Positions 1 to 10,829 of a stretch of 32,000 nt of DNA are shown here, piece by piece (within the stretch, counting starts at the first letter, position 1; each line of letters opens with the position of its first letter). The notes beneath the pieces are model-generated. The model did no database searches and was not told the DNA's origin. It saw nothing but the letters and a program-made list of their open reading frames with translations. Made by a program: the position numbers and the translations under genes. The DNA lies in the sequence record CP114870.1; one strand, written 5' to 3'.

Positions 1-152
1 GTTGTGTAATAGTTTATTGAAAAACAAACCAAAACACCATAGGTAATCAAATATTTTTTAGTTTTTAGTTGTTTTGTTTTTGTGTTTTTTCTAGTGTTTT
101 TTGTTTTTTTGTTTTTTAAGTAAAATTAATAACTAACACCAAATATAGGACA
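1..152 (-). mobile_element. 5' portion of an intron interrupting cox2 (probably group I; the rest lies outside the window)
   Basis: COX2 similarity stops after ...FRLLYLMD (Asp codon 153-155). The following codons CPIFGVSY are unrelated and hit a stop at 126-128. The exon ends in T, as expected for a group I 5' splice site. The remaining two thirds of cox2 are not in the window. Confidence 0.5.
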
Positions 153-476
153 ATCCATTAAATATAATAATCTAAATGAAGGGAAAGCAATAGCAATTAA
201 AATTAATGCAGGTGAAATAGTCCATATTAATTCTAGAACTGTACCATGAGTTAGATATTTATGTGCAATAGGATTATTATTAGAGTTAAAATAAAACATA
301 ATTGAGAAAATAAACCAAAATACAGCAAAACAAATAACAACTAAATAGAATCCAACAGTATTATGCAATGTCACTAGACCTGTGAAACCAGGAGCTCCAC
401 TATCTTGAAACCCTAATTGCCAGGGTTGAGCAACATCATTAAATATAGGATTAAACAAAAAATATAAAAAATTCAT
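153..476 (-). CDS. cox2: cytochrome c oxidase subunit 2, exon 1 (108 codons)
   Basis: The ORF-track protein contains MNFLYFLFNPIFNDVAQPWQLGFQDSGAPGFTGLVTLHNTVGFYLVVICF...HGTVLELIWTISPALILIAIAFPSFRLLYLMD, a typical COX2 N-terminus with two TM helices. The ATG is at 474-476. The 30 extra upstream codons in the track ORF are not COX2-like. Confidence 0.9.
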
Positions 477-685
477 TTTAATTATTATTGTCGCTCTTAA
501 TTTACTATTTACTCTAGCTAAATAAAATGACCTTTCTGAATTTATATTTCTTATTTCATATCCCATCCTAGAAAATATTTTTACTTATAACATTTTAGTT
601 ATAAATCTTTGGAATTATTTATTTTGTATCTTGACTTACTACAATTAAATGATACACAACCAATTTTAACACTTTTACTAACATA

Positions 686-816
686 AACCTTAAAACAAAT
701 ATATATGGAAAATTAGAATAGCTTTGGTTTTATTTTTATTTATTTTTGTTTTTTATTTTCCTAAACTTTAAAAACAAATATATATATGAAAAATTAAGAA
801 TAGCTTTGGTTTTATT
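686..816. repeat. ~50-bp direct repeat, two copies (686-734 and 763-816)
   Basis: AAAACAAATATATAT(AT)GAAAA(A)TTA(A)GAATAGCTTTGGTTTTATT occurs twice, 77 bp apart. Confidence 0.8.
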
Positions 817-1227
817 AAATTTTTATTTTTTTTTAATTATTAATTTATTTTTAATTTTGTGGAATCTATATCTAGAATCTAATTTATAGTAAAGGAAAAG
901 AAGATTAGTCTTATTTTTTAAAGAGATAAATGCCTTATGATTTAAATCACAATTCTAACTATATACTAGCATTAAAATTAAAAAAATATTTTTAAAAATA
1001 TTTTTAATTTAAGAGTTAGTAATATAGCATCTTAAGATTGATCTTTGTGGTAAGATTCTTATATCAATAATTAATTTAGTGATAAATTTTAATTAATTTT
1101 TATTTCTTATATTTTATTTTTTATTATATTTTTTGTTTTGGTTTTTGTTTTTGTTTTGTTTTGTTTTTTTGTTTTTTGTTTTTTGTTTTGTTTTTGTTTG
1201 ATTTGTTTTTGTTTTTGATATAATCAA

Positions 1228-1323
1228 AAGAGTAAAGGATTTGAACCTTTATTATTTAAATTACAAAATTAATTAAAGTTAAAAACAAAATTTACCTACA
1301 ACTTATCTCCTGTAATTACTATT
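1228..1323 (-). pseudogene. tRNA-like element, overlong (96 nt) with an aberrant anticodon/variable region; probably a tRNA remnant
   Basis: In minus sense: acceptor AATAGTA/TACTCTT (1 mismatch), D-arm TACA-GGAGATAAGT-TGTA, and a perfect T-arm AAAGG-TTCAAAT-CCTTT. The anticodon stem is imperfect, the loop TTTTGTT lacks a purine at position 37, and a 28-nt AT-rich stretch replaces the variable loop. Confidence 0.3.
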
Positions 1324-1346
1324 TATACCAAAGCCCTTTTATTTAA

Positions 1347-1468
1347 GATATAATATATAATATAATATAATATAATATAATTTAATATAATATAAATTAA
1401 TATAATATAATATAATATAATATAATATAATATAATATAATATAATATATAAAATATAATATATATAT
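1347..1468. repeat. (TATAA)n pentanucleotide microsatellite, imperfect
   Basis: Direct reading: tataatataatataatataa... for about 120 bp. Confidence 0.9.
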
Positions 1469-1701
1469 TATTCAAAAAAAAAACACAAAATATAAAAGCC
1501 TCAAATAGATAGGGGATTAATTTAATCTAGTTTACTAATAATTAGTACCTAATTCTAATTTTCTGAAAATCTTAATATAAACAAGTATTCATAAATATAA
1601 TTTATTATTATTTAACAAGCAAAAATTATAAAAATAATAATTGATTTATTATTTATTTTTTATTATTTTTATATTTAATATTGTAAATAAAGGAAATATT
1701 T

Positions 1702-1930
1702 TTAAATGGAATACTTATTTTCATTAGATGTAGCAATATCAATTAAAGTATTTTCACTTATTCCTATTAAAGGTACAAATATTAAAAATCAAGCAAAATA
1801 CTGTAGCAAATTGACCTATTTCTAAATAAGGTGATGCGGGGTGTTGAGAACCAATCCACATTAAAATAATAAAATCAACAACAAAGAACCAGAAAGCTAA
1901 TTTCATAGCTGGTCTAAATTGATTTCCTCT
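1702..1930 (-). pseudogene. cob: displaced second copy of the cob 3' end (last ~75 codons), with a frameshift
   Basis: Minus strand reads [44 protein letters not shown], then a 1-nt shift, then YFAW(TGA)FLIFVPLIGISENTLIDIATSNENKYSI*. This is colinear with cob exon 7 codons [62 protein letters not shown]. Confidence 0.85.
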
Positions 1931-3026
1931 CTACATACCTTCTTCTACTAATTTTACATATCTTGAAAGTCGTTTATTATTCTTTCTATTTCGAATACTG
2001 GCAATGATAATTTTACCTTCTGGTGTTAAATGTTTTCCATCTTTTCTTAGTAAAGCAACATTTTTCCAATCCTGAGAATCTAATTCTTTTTTAGATAAAA
2101 AGTCTAAACTATCCAGAAAGGGTATTAAAACTTTTAAAATATAATCTAATTGAGATATTTGAATATATACAAAAAGTTTAGAATTTTTGTAAATACTTTT
2201 TGTAGATACTTTAATAGGTAACTTTGTAGAATTATATTTAAGTTCAGATGAATTTACAAATATTAATTTGTAAAGATATTGAGCAATAACTTCAATGATT
2301 GGTTTTTAATTAATTGTTTGTCCTAGACCAAATATTAGTGTAGAAGTATGATTTTTTACGTGGAACCACGCTTCTCCTTCAATAAAACCTAATAACCAAT
2401 AAGGAGAGATATAAATCTTATGGTCTGAAGGTAGAATAAAGGATACTCTCTTCTCAATCATTTGTTCTTTAAGTGCTAAAATACTTTCTTTAATAATTGC
2501 TTTTTTATCCTTGCTTATAATTTGCTTCTCTAAATAAATAAATAAAGAAGGCTTTTCGCCATAGTATGTAATCTAAATATTTAGTGGTATTTAAAGGTTG
2601 CTTATCAAATATTTCTATTAATTTAAGCAAATCATCTTTTTTAAACACTTCCCAAGTACTTGAATTGCTTTTATCTAAATTATCTATAGGATAAACATTT
2701 CCAATATTAAATCGAGTTTTTAAATACTCTAACAATGGTCTATCATCTCTATGTAATTTTATTTTAAAAACAAATTTGAAAGTAAAGGGTCTACTTTTTA
2801 AAGGGGTAAATATAAAGCATCCTTCCCCATCTGTAAAACCTCTTAACCATTCATGTAAATTTTCATCCGTAATTTTAGGCAAAGCGACCTCGTTTACTTT
2901 AGAATTAGTGGAAAGTAGTCTAAATTTTTCAGTTGAATAATATTTAATTAAGGGATTGGGGCCATAGGCTGCACAGTAAGATAAGTTGTTTGCCTTTACC
3001 AACAGCAACGGTTTTTTACTAAAGTA
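1931..3026 (-). pseudogene. free-standing double-motif LAGLIDADG homing endonuclease gene, degenerating
   Basis: Motif 1 is LRGFTDGEGCF (track ORF 2505-3008). Motif 2 is LLGFIEGEAWF, reached only after a +1 shift in the A-run at ~2500-2507. There is an in-frame TAA at 2306-2308 and no ATG in the first ~170 codons. The ORF ends at TAG 1931-1933. Confidence 0.8.
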
Positions 3027-3066
3027 TTAAGAGGAAAACTTCCTTTACTTACTCTATTAATTTTTC

Positions 3067-3431
3067 TTAGCCCAAAAGAGGGTTAAATTTTGAATTGTTA
3101 GAATCAGTCGCTAAATCAAAGAAAGTATTTTCAACTAGACCGATAACTGGTACTAATACAAGGAACCATACGAAGTAGAATGCAGTAGCTATTTGACCAA
3201 TTTCAATATAAGGTGTCTCAGGATGTTGTGACCCAATCCACATTAAAATTAAGAAATCTACTACTAATAACCAGAAGGCAAATTTCATAAATGGTCTGAA
3301 TGTTGAACCTCTTATTCTAGACAAATCTGTTAAAGGTAAGATTAATAATATTAATAAAGATCCAAACATTGCAACAACTCCTAACAATTTATTTGGTATT
3401 GATCTTAATATAGCATAAAAAGGTAAAAGAT
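3067..3431 (-). CDS. cob: apocytochrome b, exon 7 (terminal; stop at 3067-3069)
   Basis: (Y)[101 protein letters not shown]... The preceding intron ends in G (3432). The phase fits exon 6 (TGG T | AT CTT). Confidence 0.85.
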
Positions 3432-3439
3432 CAAAATTA

Positions 3440-3770
3440 AAATATGTTATAACATATTGGAAAATATATTATCTCTCCTCTGTATATGGATATCTTGAAT
3501 TATATTAGTTCTAATTAGCTCCATACTCTCTTGCCAAATATATAACTATAACCTTTTATATGATTATGAATAGAGCATTTAATATAATCATCAGATCCAA
3601 ACATATTTTCTAAGTTTATTTTTTTGTTTTATTTTTACAAACCTCTTCCTATGTAAAGTTAAAATTAAGTATAAAAATGTAAACCTTTGTTTTGTATAGA
3701 GCCATCATCCTTAATCCAACAAGCTAGTCCTCTAGGAGTTAATAATTGATTTATATTTAAAGGTATCACT
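3440..3770 (-). pseudogene. eroded C-terminal half of a LAGLIDADG endonuclease inside cob intron 6
   Basis: LLTPRGLACWIKDDGSIQNKGLHFYT* (second LAGLIDADG motif region), then LENMFGSDDYIKCSIHNHIKGYSYIFGK and, in another frame, ESMELIRTNIIQDIH...NML. These are colinear with the C-termini of the cob i2 and i4 ORFs but broken by stops and at least one frameshift. Confidence 0.55.
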
Positions 3771-3860
3771 TTTTTTTTATATGTTTGTTTTTATTAATTA
3801 TTTTTATTTATTCTATTTAATTAATGTTATTTATTTTATTTAATTTTATTATTTAATTTT

Positions 3861-3944
3861 ATTATTTATTATTTATTATTTATTATTTATTATTTATTAT
3901 TTATTATTTATTATTTATTATTTATTATTTATTATTTATTATTT
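3861..3944. repeat. (TTATTTA)n heptanucleotide tandem repeat, about 12 units
   Basis: Direct reading inside cob intron 6. Confidence 0.9.
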
Positions 3945-4785
3945 TTTGAATAAAATAGGACTATATAATAAATAAAGCAAGGCAATATTCAAACTATAAA
4001 ATGTACAGAACTATAAGTTTTATTAGTTCTTTTATAAATATCTAGTTTTAACTTAAAATACTTTATCTATATAAGTTTTAAATAGGTATAAGATTGAAAT
4101 AAATTCTCTACTCTTAAACTACTTTTACCCTAAAAAAGTACTATTTTTATTAAACAAACATCTTTGTTGAATATAACCATACCTAAAAATAAACCTATTA
4201 TTATCTCAATTAAGGGACTATCTATACTTAAATTTTATTTCTTAACCTTAGTTAATTCTATTTTTTTTTTTTAATAAAGTTTTATATTCAGGTTGTGTAA
4301 ATTTTATTACATATTAAACTTATAGAAGTTATAAGATCTAAAATTAAAATAGAAATAATATATTTTACCTGTTATCTCTCAATAACTACTGGACTATCTC
4401 TTCATCCTTTAAGGATTTATATTTTATTTATTTGATCTAAAGGAGCTTTACATATAGTCTCTGAGGAACCTATATTAAATCTAAAATTAAACTAGAGTTA
4501 AATAAATTAGTTTCCTGCTGATTATCCATTGTAACATATTTGAAATTGTAACAAATCCTCTCCTATGGCAGTCAGTCTATTATAAGATTAAAAAATCTAA
4601 TAGATTTCTCCCTTCTTTAAAAATATAAATAAAAAATACAATATTTCATAATACTATACTAAAAAAGGGGAGGGTGCAGAATACCACAAGATATAATTAG
4701 TATCCAAATCTTTAGGGTTTTCCAGCATATAGTAAAGTTTATATTATATCCTAAGATTACTCTTAAGTATGGCATCTTTTAATAT

Positions 4786-4849
4786 ACCATTCTGGCACTA
4801 TGGAAGCAGGTGTAACCATTGGGTCCGCTGGGATATAATTATCTGAATG
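4786..4849 (-). CDS. cob: apocytochrome b, exon 6 (64 nt)
   Basis: CAT TCA GAT AAT TAT ATC CCA GCG GAC CCA ATG GTT ACA CCT GCT TCC ATA GTG CCA GAA TGG T = HSDNYIPADPMVTPASIVPEW(Y). It is preceded by an intron-terminal G (4850). Confidence 0.85.
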
Positions 4850-6548
<1,699 letters not shown>

Positions 6549-6875
6549 ACCTAATAGATTAGGATAGAAGAATACAATAACAGATAACACTAAGAAAAAT
6601 GCAAAAATAGTAACTAAATCTTTAAACATAAAATAAGGATGCATAGCTATTCTATCTCCATGTGAAGTAACTCCATTTGGATTATTCGAACCATGTACAT
6701 GTAGAGCTATTAAATGTGCTACAGCTAATGCAGCTAATAAAAAAGGTAATAAAAAATGTAAAGAAAAGAATCTATTTAAAGTAGCATTACTTACACTAAA
6801 GCTACCCCAAATAAATTCTACAATATCTTGTCCAAAAACTGGAATTGCTGATAATAAATTAGTAATAACTGTAGC
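6549..6875 (-). CDS. cob: apocytochrome b, exon 5 (109 codons)
   Basis: [109 protein letters not shown]. Confidence 0.9.
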
Positions 6876-7950
6876 CAAATCTTTGATTTATTTTATTAGA
6901 TCAAATATAAATAAACCCTTGTACTATTCTAAATCTATGATATATCACAGATTGATCTATTGATCTTTAGATAGCCTTGAAATAATATCAAATATTATAA
7001 AGATTTCGACTGTACATTAAGCACCATTTCAGGTACCTATCAATGAGCCAGTCTGTAGCGATTCTATGTATAACCGACGGTCTGAAACTTTGTTTTTTAA
7101 CCGTATTCATTGATATTGCTTTATCTTTTCCTCATAATTATTTTTATACATATATTGCATAATTACTAAAGATAAAACTATAGTTTAAAACTTAAATATA
7201 GCCGTTTAATTTATAGTACATAGAAGTATGTAAATATGGTTTAACAATTTGAGCTAAAATTTTCATAGTTGATTTTGAAAAATATAAGTTATATTGATTA
7301 ATATAACCAGCTGATATAACAGAAACTTTTAAACCATAAATATTTCTTAATAAAGTAGCTAAATATTCTACTTCAGACTTAGAAAAGCTATTAGTAGCTA
7401 TTTTAAGTCCAGATGATATTTTTCCTCCGTCATCCATTATCCATACTGCTAAAGCTAAAGGTGATAAATAATCACTTATATCATTCGGTATTACTTTAAT
7501 ACCATTTTTATAAAAAGCAGTGTGAATCCAATTAAAACTAGCAAAAGTATAAGTTTTAAATCTAGAAATATATCTTAATTTACCACCTGAACCTAATCTT
7601 GTTGTGATAATAGGTATAGTAGTTGTACTATAACCCAATTCACTTAAATAATTATGAAACCATAATAAATAACGATAATTCAAATGTTCTTGTTGAAAGC
7701 AAAATCTAGTACCATGACCATGACGCTCAGCATAACCATCTCCTAATAAAGATCCGATTAAAATACTAAGAATATCATAATTATGAGCTCCTATACGTAA
7801 TTTTGCTCTTGTTCTTGGTATACTAAAAGGTAAACTTAAACTTAAACTTAAATTTAAACTTAAACTTAAACTTAAACTTAAATTTAGACTATAAATATTT
7901 ACGTTTGATCCTATATTAAAAATTTCAAACCATTTAGGGCACATAAATAT
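6876..7950 (-). mobile_element. cob intron 4, group I (same core family as introns 2 and 3)
   Basis: A conserved ~90-nt core block at 7005-7095 is shared with 8063-8150 and 9436-9520. The exon ends in T (7951) and the intron ends in G (6876). Confidence 0.8.
7192..7950 (-). CDS. intron-encoded LAGLIDADG endonuclease, in frame with cob exon 4
   Basis: LIGSLLGDGYAERHG and LAVWIMDDGGK motifs. It is a paralog of the cob i2 ORF. It has an N-terminal (Leu-Ser)n linker. Confidence 0.85.
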   Translation of the reverse strand: MFMCPKWFEIFNIGSNVNIYSLNLSLSLSLSLNLSLSLSLPFSIPRTRAKLRIGAHNYDILSILIGSLLGDGYAERHGHGTRFCFQQEHLNYRYLLWFHNYLSELGYSTTTIPIITTRLGSGGKLRYISRFKTYTFASFNWIHTAFYKNGIKVIPNDISDYLSPLALAVWIMDDGGKISSGLKIATNSFSKSEVEYLATLLRNIYGLKVSVISAGYINQYNLYFSKSTMKILAQIVKPYLHTSMYYKLNGYI

Positions 7951-7986
7951 ACCCCACATACTCATTTGACCATAAGGTAAAACATA
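7951..7986 (-). CDS. cob: apocytochrome b, exon 4 (36-nt mini-exon)
   Basis: TAT GTT TTA CCT TAT GGT CAA ATG AGT ATG TGG GGT = YVLPYGQMSMWG. It is preceded by ...AGTTAG (intron-terminal G at 7987). Confidence 0.8.
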
Positions 7987-9167
7987 CTAACTTGCTTGTA
8001 ATTAATTACAAGTAGAATAACTTTAAAATTTGTTTATTCTATTAGTTATAATATAACTAATAAGTTTCGACTGTGCATTAAGCATCATTTCAGATACCCA
8101 CCAGTGACCCAGTCTGTAGCGATCATTTAGATAACCGACGATCTCTAATTAAACATAATATTTAAATTTTTAATCGTTTTCACTAGCATCGCCAAAGAAA
8201 TAAAATTTCTTTAATAAAACTGTCGAATTATTTCACTTTTTTTCCATTTTTTTCTAAAAATTGCATGGAAAATTAAACTTGTGAGACTATAATCTAATTA
8301 AAATTTATAATTAATATATTTTACAATTCATCGTCGTTTCAAAATTTGTTTATCACTTTTTAAAGCTCTAATTATTGTTTTTTCATGACATTTCAATTGT
8401 TTAGCCGCTTCTACAATACTAGAAAATTTTCCATAAACAGTAGAATCTAAATTATATATAATTATTGGTTTAGATTTTTTTTTCATATTAAATAAAGCTT
8501 GTTCAGAAAATATTAAATTTTTTCTATTTAAAGCTTTTTCTCTCATTTTTTCAATTGTTTCAGATAATAAAGTTTTATTTTTATTTAGATTACCTATTTT
8601 GATACGACGGTCGGTACTATAATTTAAACTCATTTTTAAACGAGTTATTTCAGTATGTTTATAACCAAAACTTGAACCGGCTTCTGTTAAAATATTATAA
8701 TTAGGTAATAAAGATTTAAGATAAAAATCTTCTCTATCTAATAATTCTTTATTGGTTTCTTTATTAACTAGTTTAGGGAATAATTCTAATATTATAAAAG
8801 CAAAATTTGAAATTTCATACTTTTTAACTGCTAGTTTTACAATTTTACTCCCTTTAAAATATATTAAATGATTAGAAAACCTTGAAAAAAATCTATCTGT
8901 AGAAGCTGAACCTACATAGTAATCTAAAGTTATTTTATTTAAAATTAAATAAATACCACTCAATCCTGTAGTTTTTAATTTAATTTCATCCTTAATACTT
9001 TTTAAATGTAGATTTTCAAAATACATAACAGGTTTTAAATTATTTTCTTCTAAAAATTCACTTAATATAATGGATCTATAAGAACTTGGTAAATAAGTAG
9101 AATAAAATCTTTTTGAATTTTTATTATAAATTTTATAATGAGATCATTTTGGGCTATGTTTTTTATA
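7987..9167 (-). mobile_element. cob intron 3, group I (same core family as introns 2 and 4)
   Basis: Core block at 8063-8150. The upstream exon ends in GGT and the intron ends in G. Confidence 0.75.
8328..9167 (-). CDS. intron-encoded GIY-YIG homing endonuclease, in frame with cob exon 3 (first ATG at 9024-9026)
   Basis: LSGIYLILNKITLDYYVGSASTDRFFSRFSNHL (GIY...YVG...R..NH), then EDFYLKSLLPNYN and a C-terminal IENR/NUMOD-like region SSIVEAAKQLKCHEKTIIRALK. The 47 linker codons from exon 3 are open if the TGA at 9144-9146 is Trp. Confidence 0.85.
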
Positions 9168-9182
9168 ACCCAGGAATGCTGT
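9168..9182 (-). CDS. cob: apocytochrome b, exon 3 (15-nt micro-exon, TAFLG)
   Basis: ACA GCA TTC CTG GGT supplies exactly the TAFLG missing between ...VIILILMMA (exon 2) and YVLPYGQ (exon 4). It is flanked by an intron-terminal G (9183) and ends in T. Confidence 0.65.
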
Positions 9183-9355
9183 CTAGTTCTAAATTATTAT
9201 ATAATATATACCAATATAATAACCTTGTACCTTATCTATTTATTAATCCCCAAGTGGTATTCCTTCTCACTCTTTCTAATAAATTTCAATTAGGGCCTTG
9301 AGTAGTTAATTTAATTAATCTTAAATATATTATTCTTATTTTTAATTATATAATA

Positions 9356-9425
9356 TAATTTAATTTAATTTAATTTAATTTAATTTAATTTAATTTAATT
9401 TAATTTAATTTAATTTAATTTAATT
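9356..9425. repeat. (AATTT)n pentanucleotide repeat, about 14 units, in the 3' part of cob intron 2
   Basis: Direct reading. Confidence 0.9.
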
Positions 9426-9761
9426 AACTAAGAACTCCGACTGTACATTAAGCATCATTTCAGATACCCATTAGTGACCCAGTCTGTAGCGATTGTGTAT
9501 TCAACCGACGGTCTGAAATTCGGTATAAATTTTTTGACCGTTTTCACTAATATAGCCAGTTTGTTTTTAATAACACACCAACACCTCTGTCAAGGTGTTT
9601 CGACATTTCTATACCAAAACTACCTAAATACAAGTTGTTGTTTTGCCCTATATCGAGACTTTGAAAATATGAAAATGACTTTAATTTATATACTCAATCA
9701 ATTAACCAACTATAATATAAATGTTTAAATCTTGCCCTTGCCGTATCCTATATTATTTATA

Positions 9762-10550
9762 TTAAGAATAGCCTAATTTATATTCCATTTCCGGAATAAA
9801 ATTAGGTTTTACAATTTGACGTAAGAGCGGCATAGATTCTTTCCAAATAGAAATACACCATTGATCAGATGTGCCCGTTTTTACTACGCTAGTTTTAATT
9901 TTGTATTTGTTAGTCAAAATTATGGTAAGAAATTTACATTCTTCAAAGGTAAAACTATTAGTAGCTATATATATTCCTTGACCCTTTTGATATGATCCGT
10001 CTTGCATAATCCAATGAGCTAGACCCGTAGGCGTTAAATAATCAGCGATATAAAAAGGAATTCTTTTTTTAGTCACATCCTTTATAGTTTTATAGTATGA
10101 ATCATATATCCAATTAAAACTTGTAAATGTAAATAAAGTTAGCCTATAGTTAAAACGATTTTCTAGCACCTTATCTGATTTTTTGACTAAAGTAGGGATC
10201 GGTCGAGCACAATAACCTAAATTATAGAAAAATAAAGTTAAATAATGAATATATGCACTATTACTAATACTTTGTTCTATATTAAATCTAATACTATTTA
10301 AAGGTTTACCTGGTAATTTTTCTGCCCAAAAATCAGCTAACATACCACAAATAATAATATCTAATACTTGTTTATTGTGTGGACCTATTCTAATAATAGC
10401 TTTAGTTCTAGCCTTATTAAAAGGCAACATTTTACCTAATATAGGTGTACAATTATTTATATTATCAGTACAATTAAGTAAATATTCATTTTCATTTAGA
10501 AATTGAAAAGTAAAATTAGTATTATCATATTCACAATTTGGCCACAATTT
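9762..10550 (-). CDS. intron-encoded LAGLIDADG protein, in frame with cob exon 2 (motif 1 is divergent, so possibly maturase-only)
   Basis: [13 protein letters not shown] (motif 1, both Gly residues replaced) and [16 protein letters not shown] (motif 2). It is colinear with the i4 ORF (FTSFNWI..., IATNSF..., ESM...IVKP...YKL). Confidence 0.8.
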   Translation of the reverse strand, partial: KLWPNCEYDNTNFTFQFLNENEYLLNCTDNINNCTPILGKMLPFNKARTKAIIRIGPHNKQVLDIIICGMLADFWAEKLPGKPLNSIRFNIEQSISNSAYIHYLTLFFYNLGYCARPIPTLVKKSDKVLENRFNYRLTLFTFTSFNWIYDSYYKTIKDVTKKRIPFYIADYLTPTGLAHWIMQDGSYQKGQGIYIATNSFTFEECKFLTIILTNKYKIKTSVVKTGTSDQWCISIWKESMPLLRQIVKPNFIPEMEYKLGYS

Positions 10551-10829
10551 AGCCATCATAAGAATTAATATGATTACTCCAATAGACCAAACTAATACTC
10601 TGGGTGTTTTGTATGAACTATAATATAATCCTCTTCCTACATGCATATAAACAAATATAAAGAAGAATGATGCTACATTAGCATGTGTATATCTAATAAT
10701 CCAACCATTATTTACATCTCTCATAATATGCTCTACACTATTAAATGCAAAATCAACATTAGGTGTGTAATGCATTGCTAAAAAAGCTCCAGTAAGTATT
10801 TGTATAATTAAACACACAGCTAATAAAGA
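10551..10829 (-). CDS. cob: apocytochrome b, exon 2 (93 codons)
   Basis: [93 protein letters not shown]. Confidence 0.9.

Larger units (their letters stand above)
3432..4785 (-). mobile_element. cob intron 6, group I (IB-like core), no intact ORF
   Basis: R-like element CCTCAGAGACTATATG (RC of 4451-4466) and S-like element AAGAGATAGTCC (RC of 4391-4402). The upstream exon ends in T and the intron ends in G. The core is near-identical to nad1 intron 2. Confidence 0.75.
9183..10550 (-). mobile_element. cob intron 2, group I (same core family as introns 3 and 4)
   Basis: Core block at 9436-9520. The exon ends in GCT and the intron ends in ...AACTAG. Confidence 0.75.

Noticed and set aside
477-566. 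A 30-codon N-terminal extension of the cox2 ORF (MGYEIRNINSERSFYLARVNSKLRATIIIK).
   Set aside because: It has no COX2 similarity. The conserved N-terminus starts at the internal ATG (474-476, MNFLYFLF...). The extension is just open frame in AT-rich leader sequence.
1931-3312. An alternative reading in which 1931-3312 is a terminal cob intron and 1702-1930 is the true last exon.
   Set aside because: The upstream copy is complete, conserved to the end and has its own stop. The downstream copy needs a frameshift. The putative 5' junction follows an A (AGA|GG), not the T expected for group I, and no core elements are visible in 1931-3066.
9113-9301. A 62-aa plus-strand ORF.
   Set aside because: It is antisense to cob exon 3 and the start of the GIY-YIG fusion frame. 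It is low-complexity with no recognisable motif.
9474-9728. An 84-aa plus-strand ORF.
   Set aside because: It lies antisense over the conserved group I core block of cob intron 2. The openness is explained by the RNA element, and nothing is conserved at the protein level.
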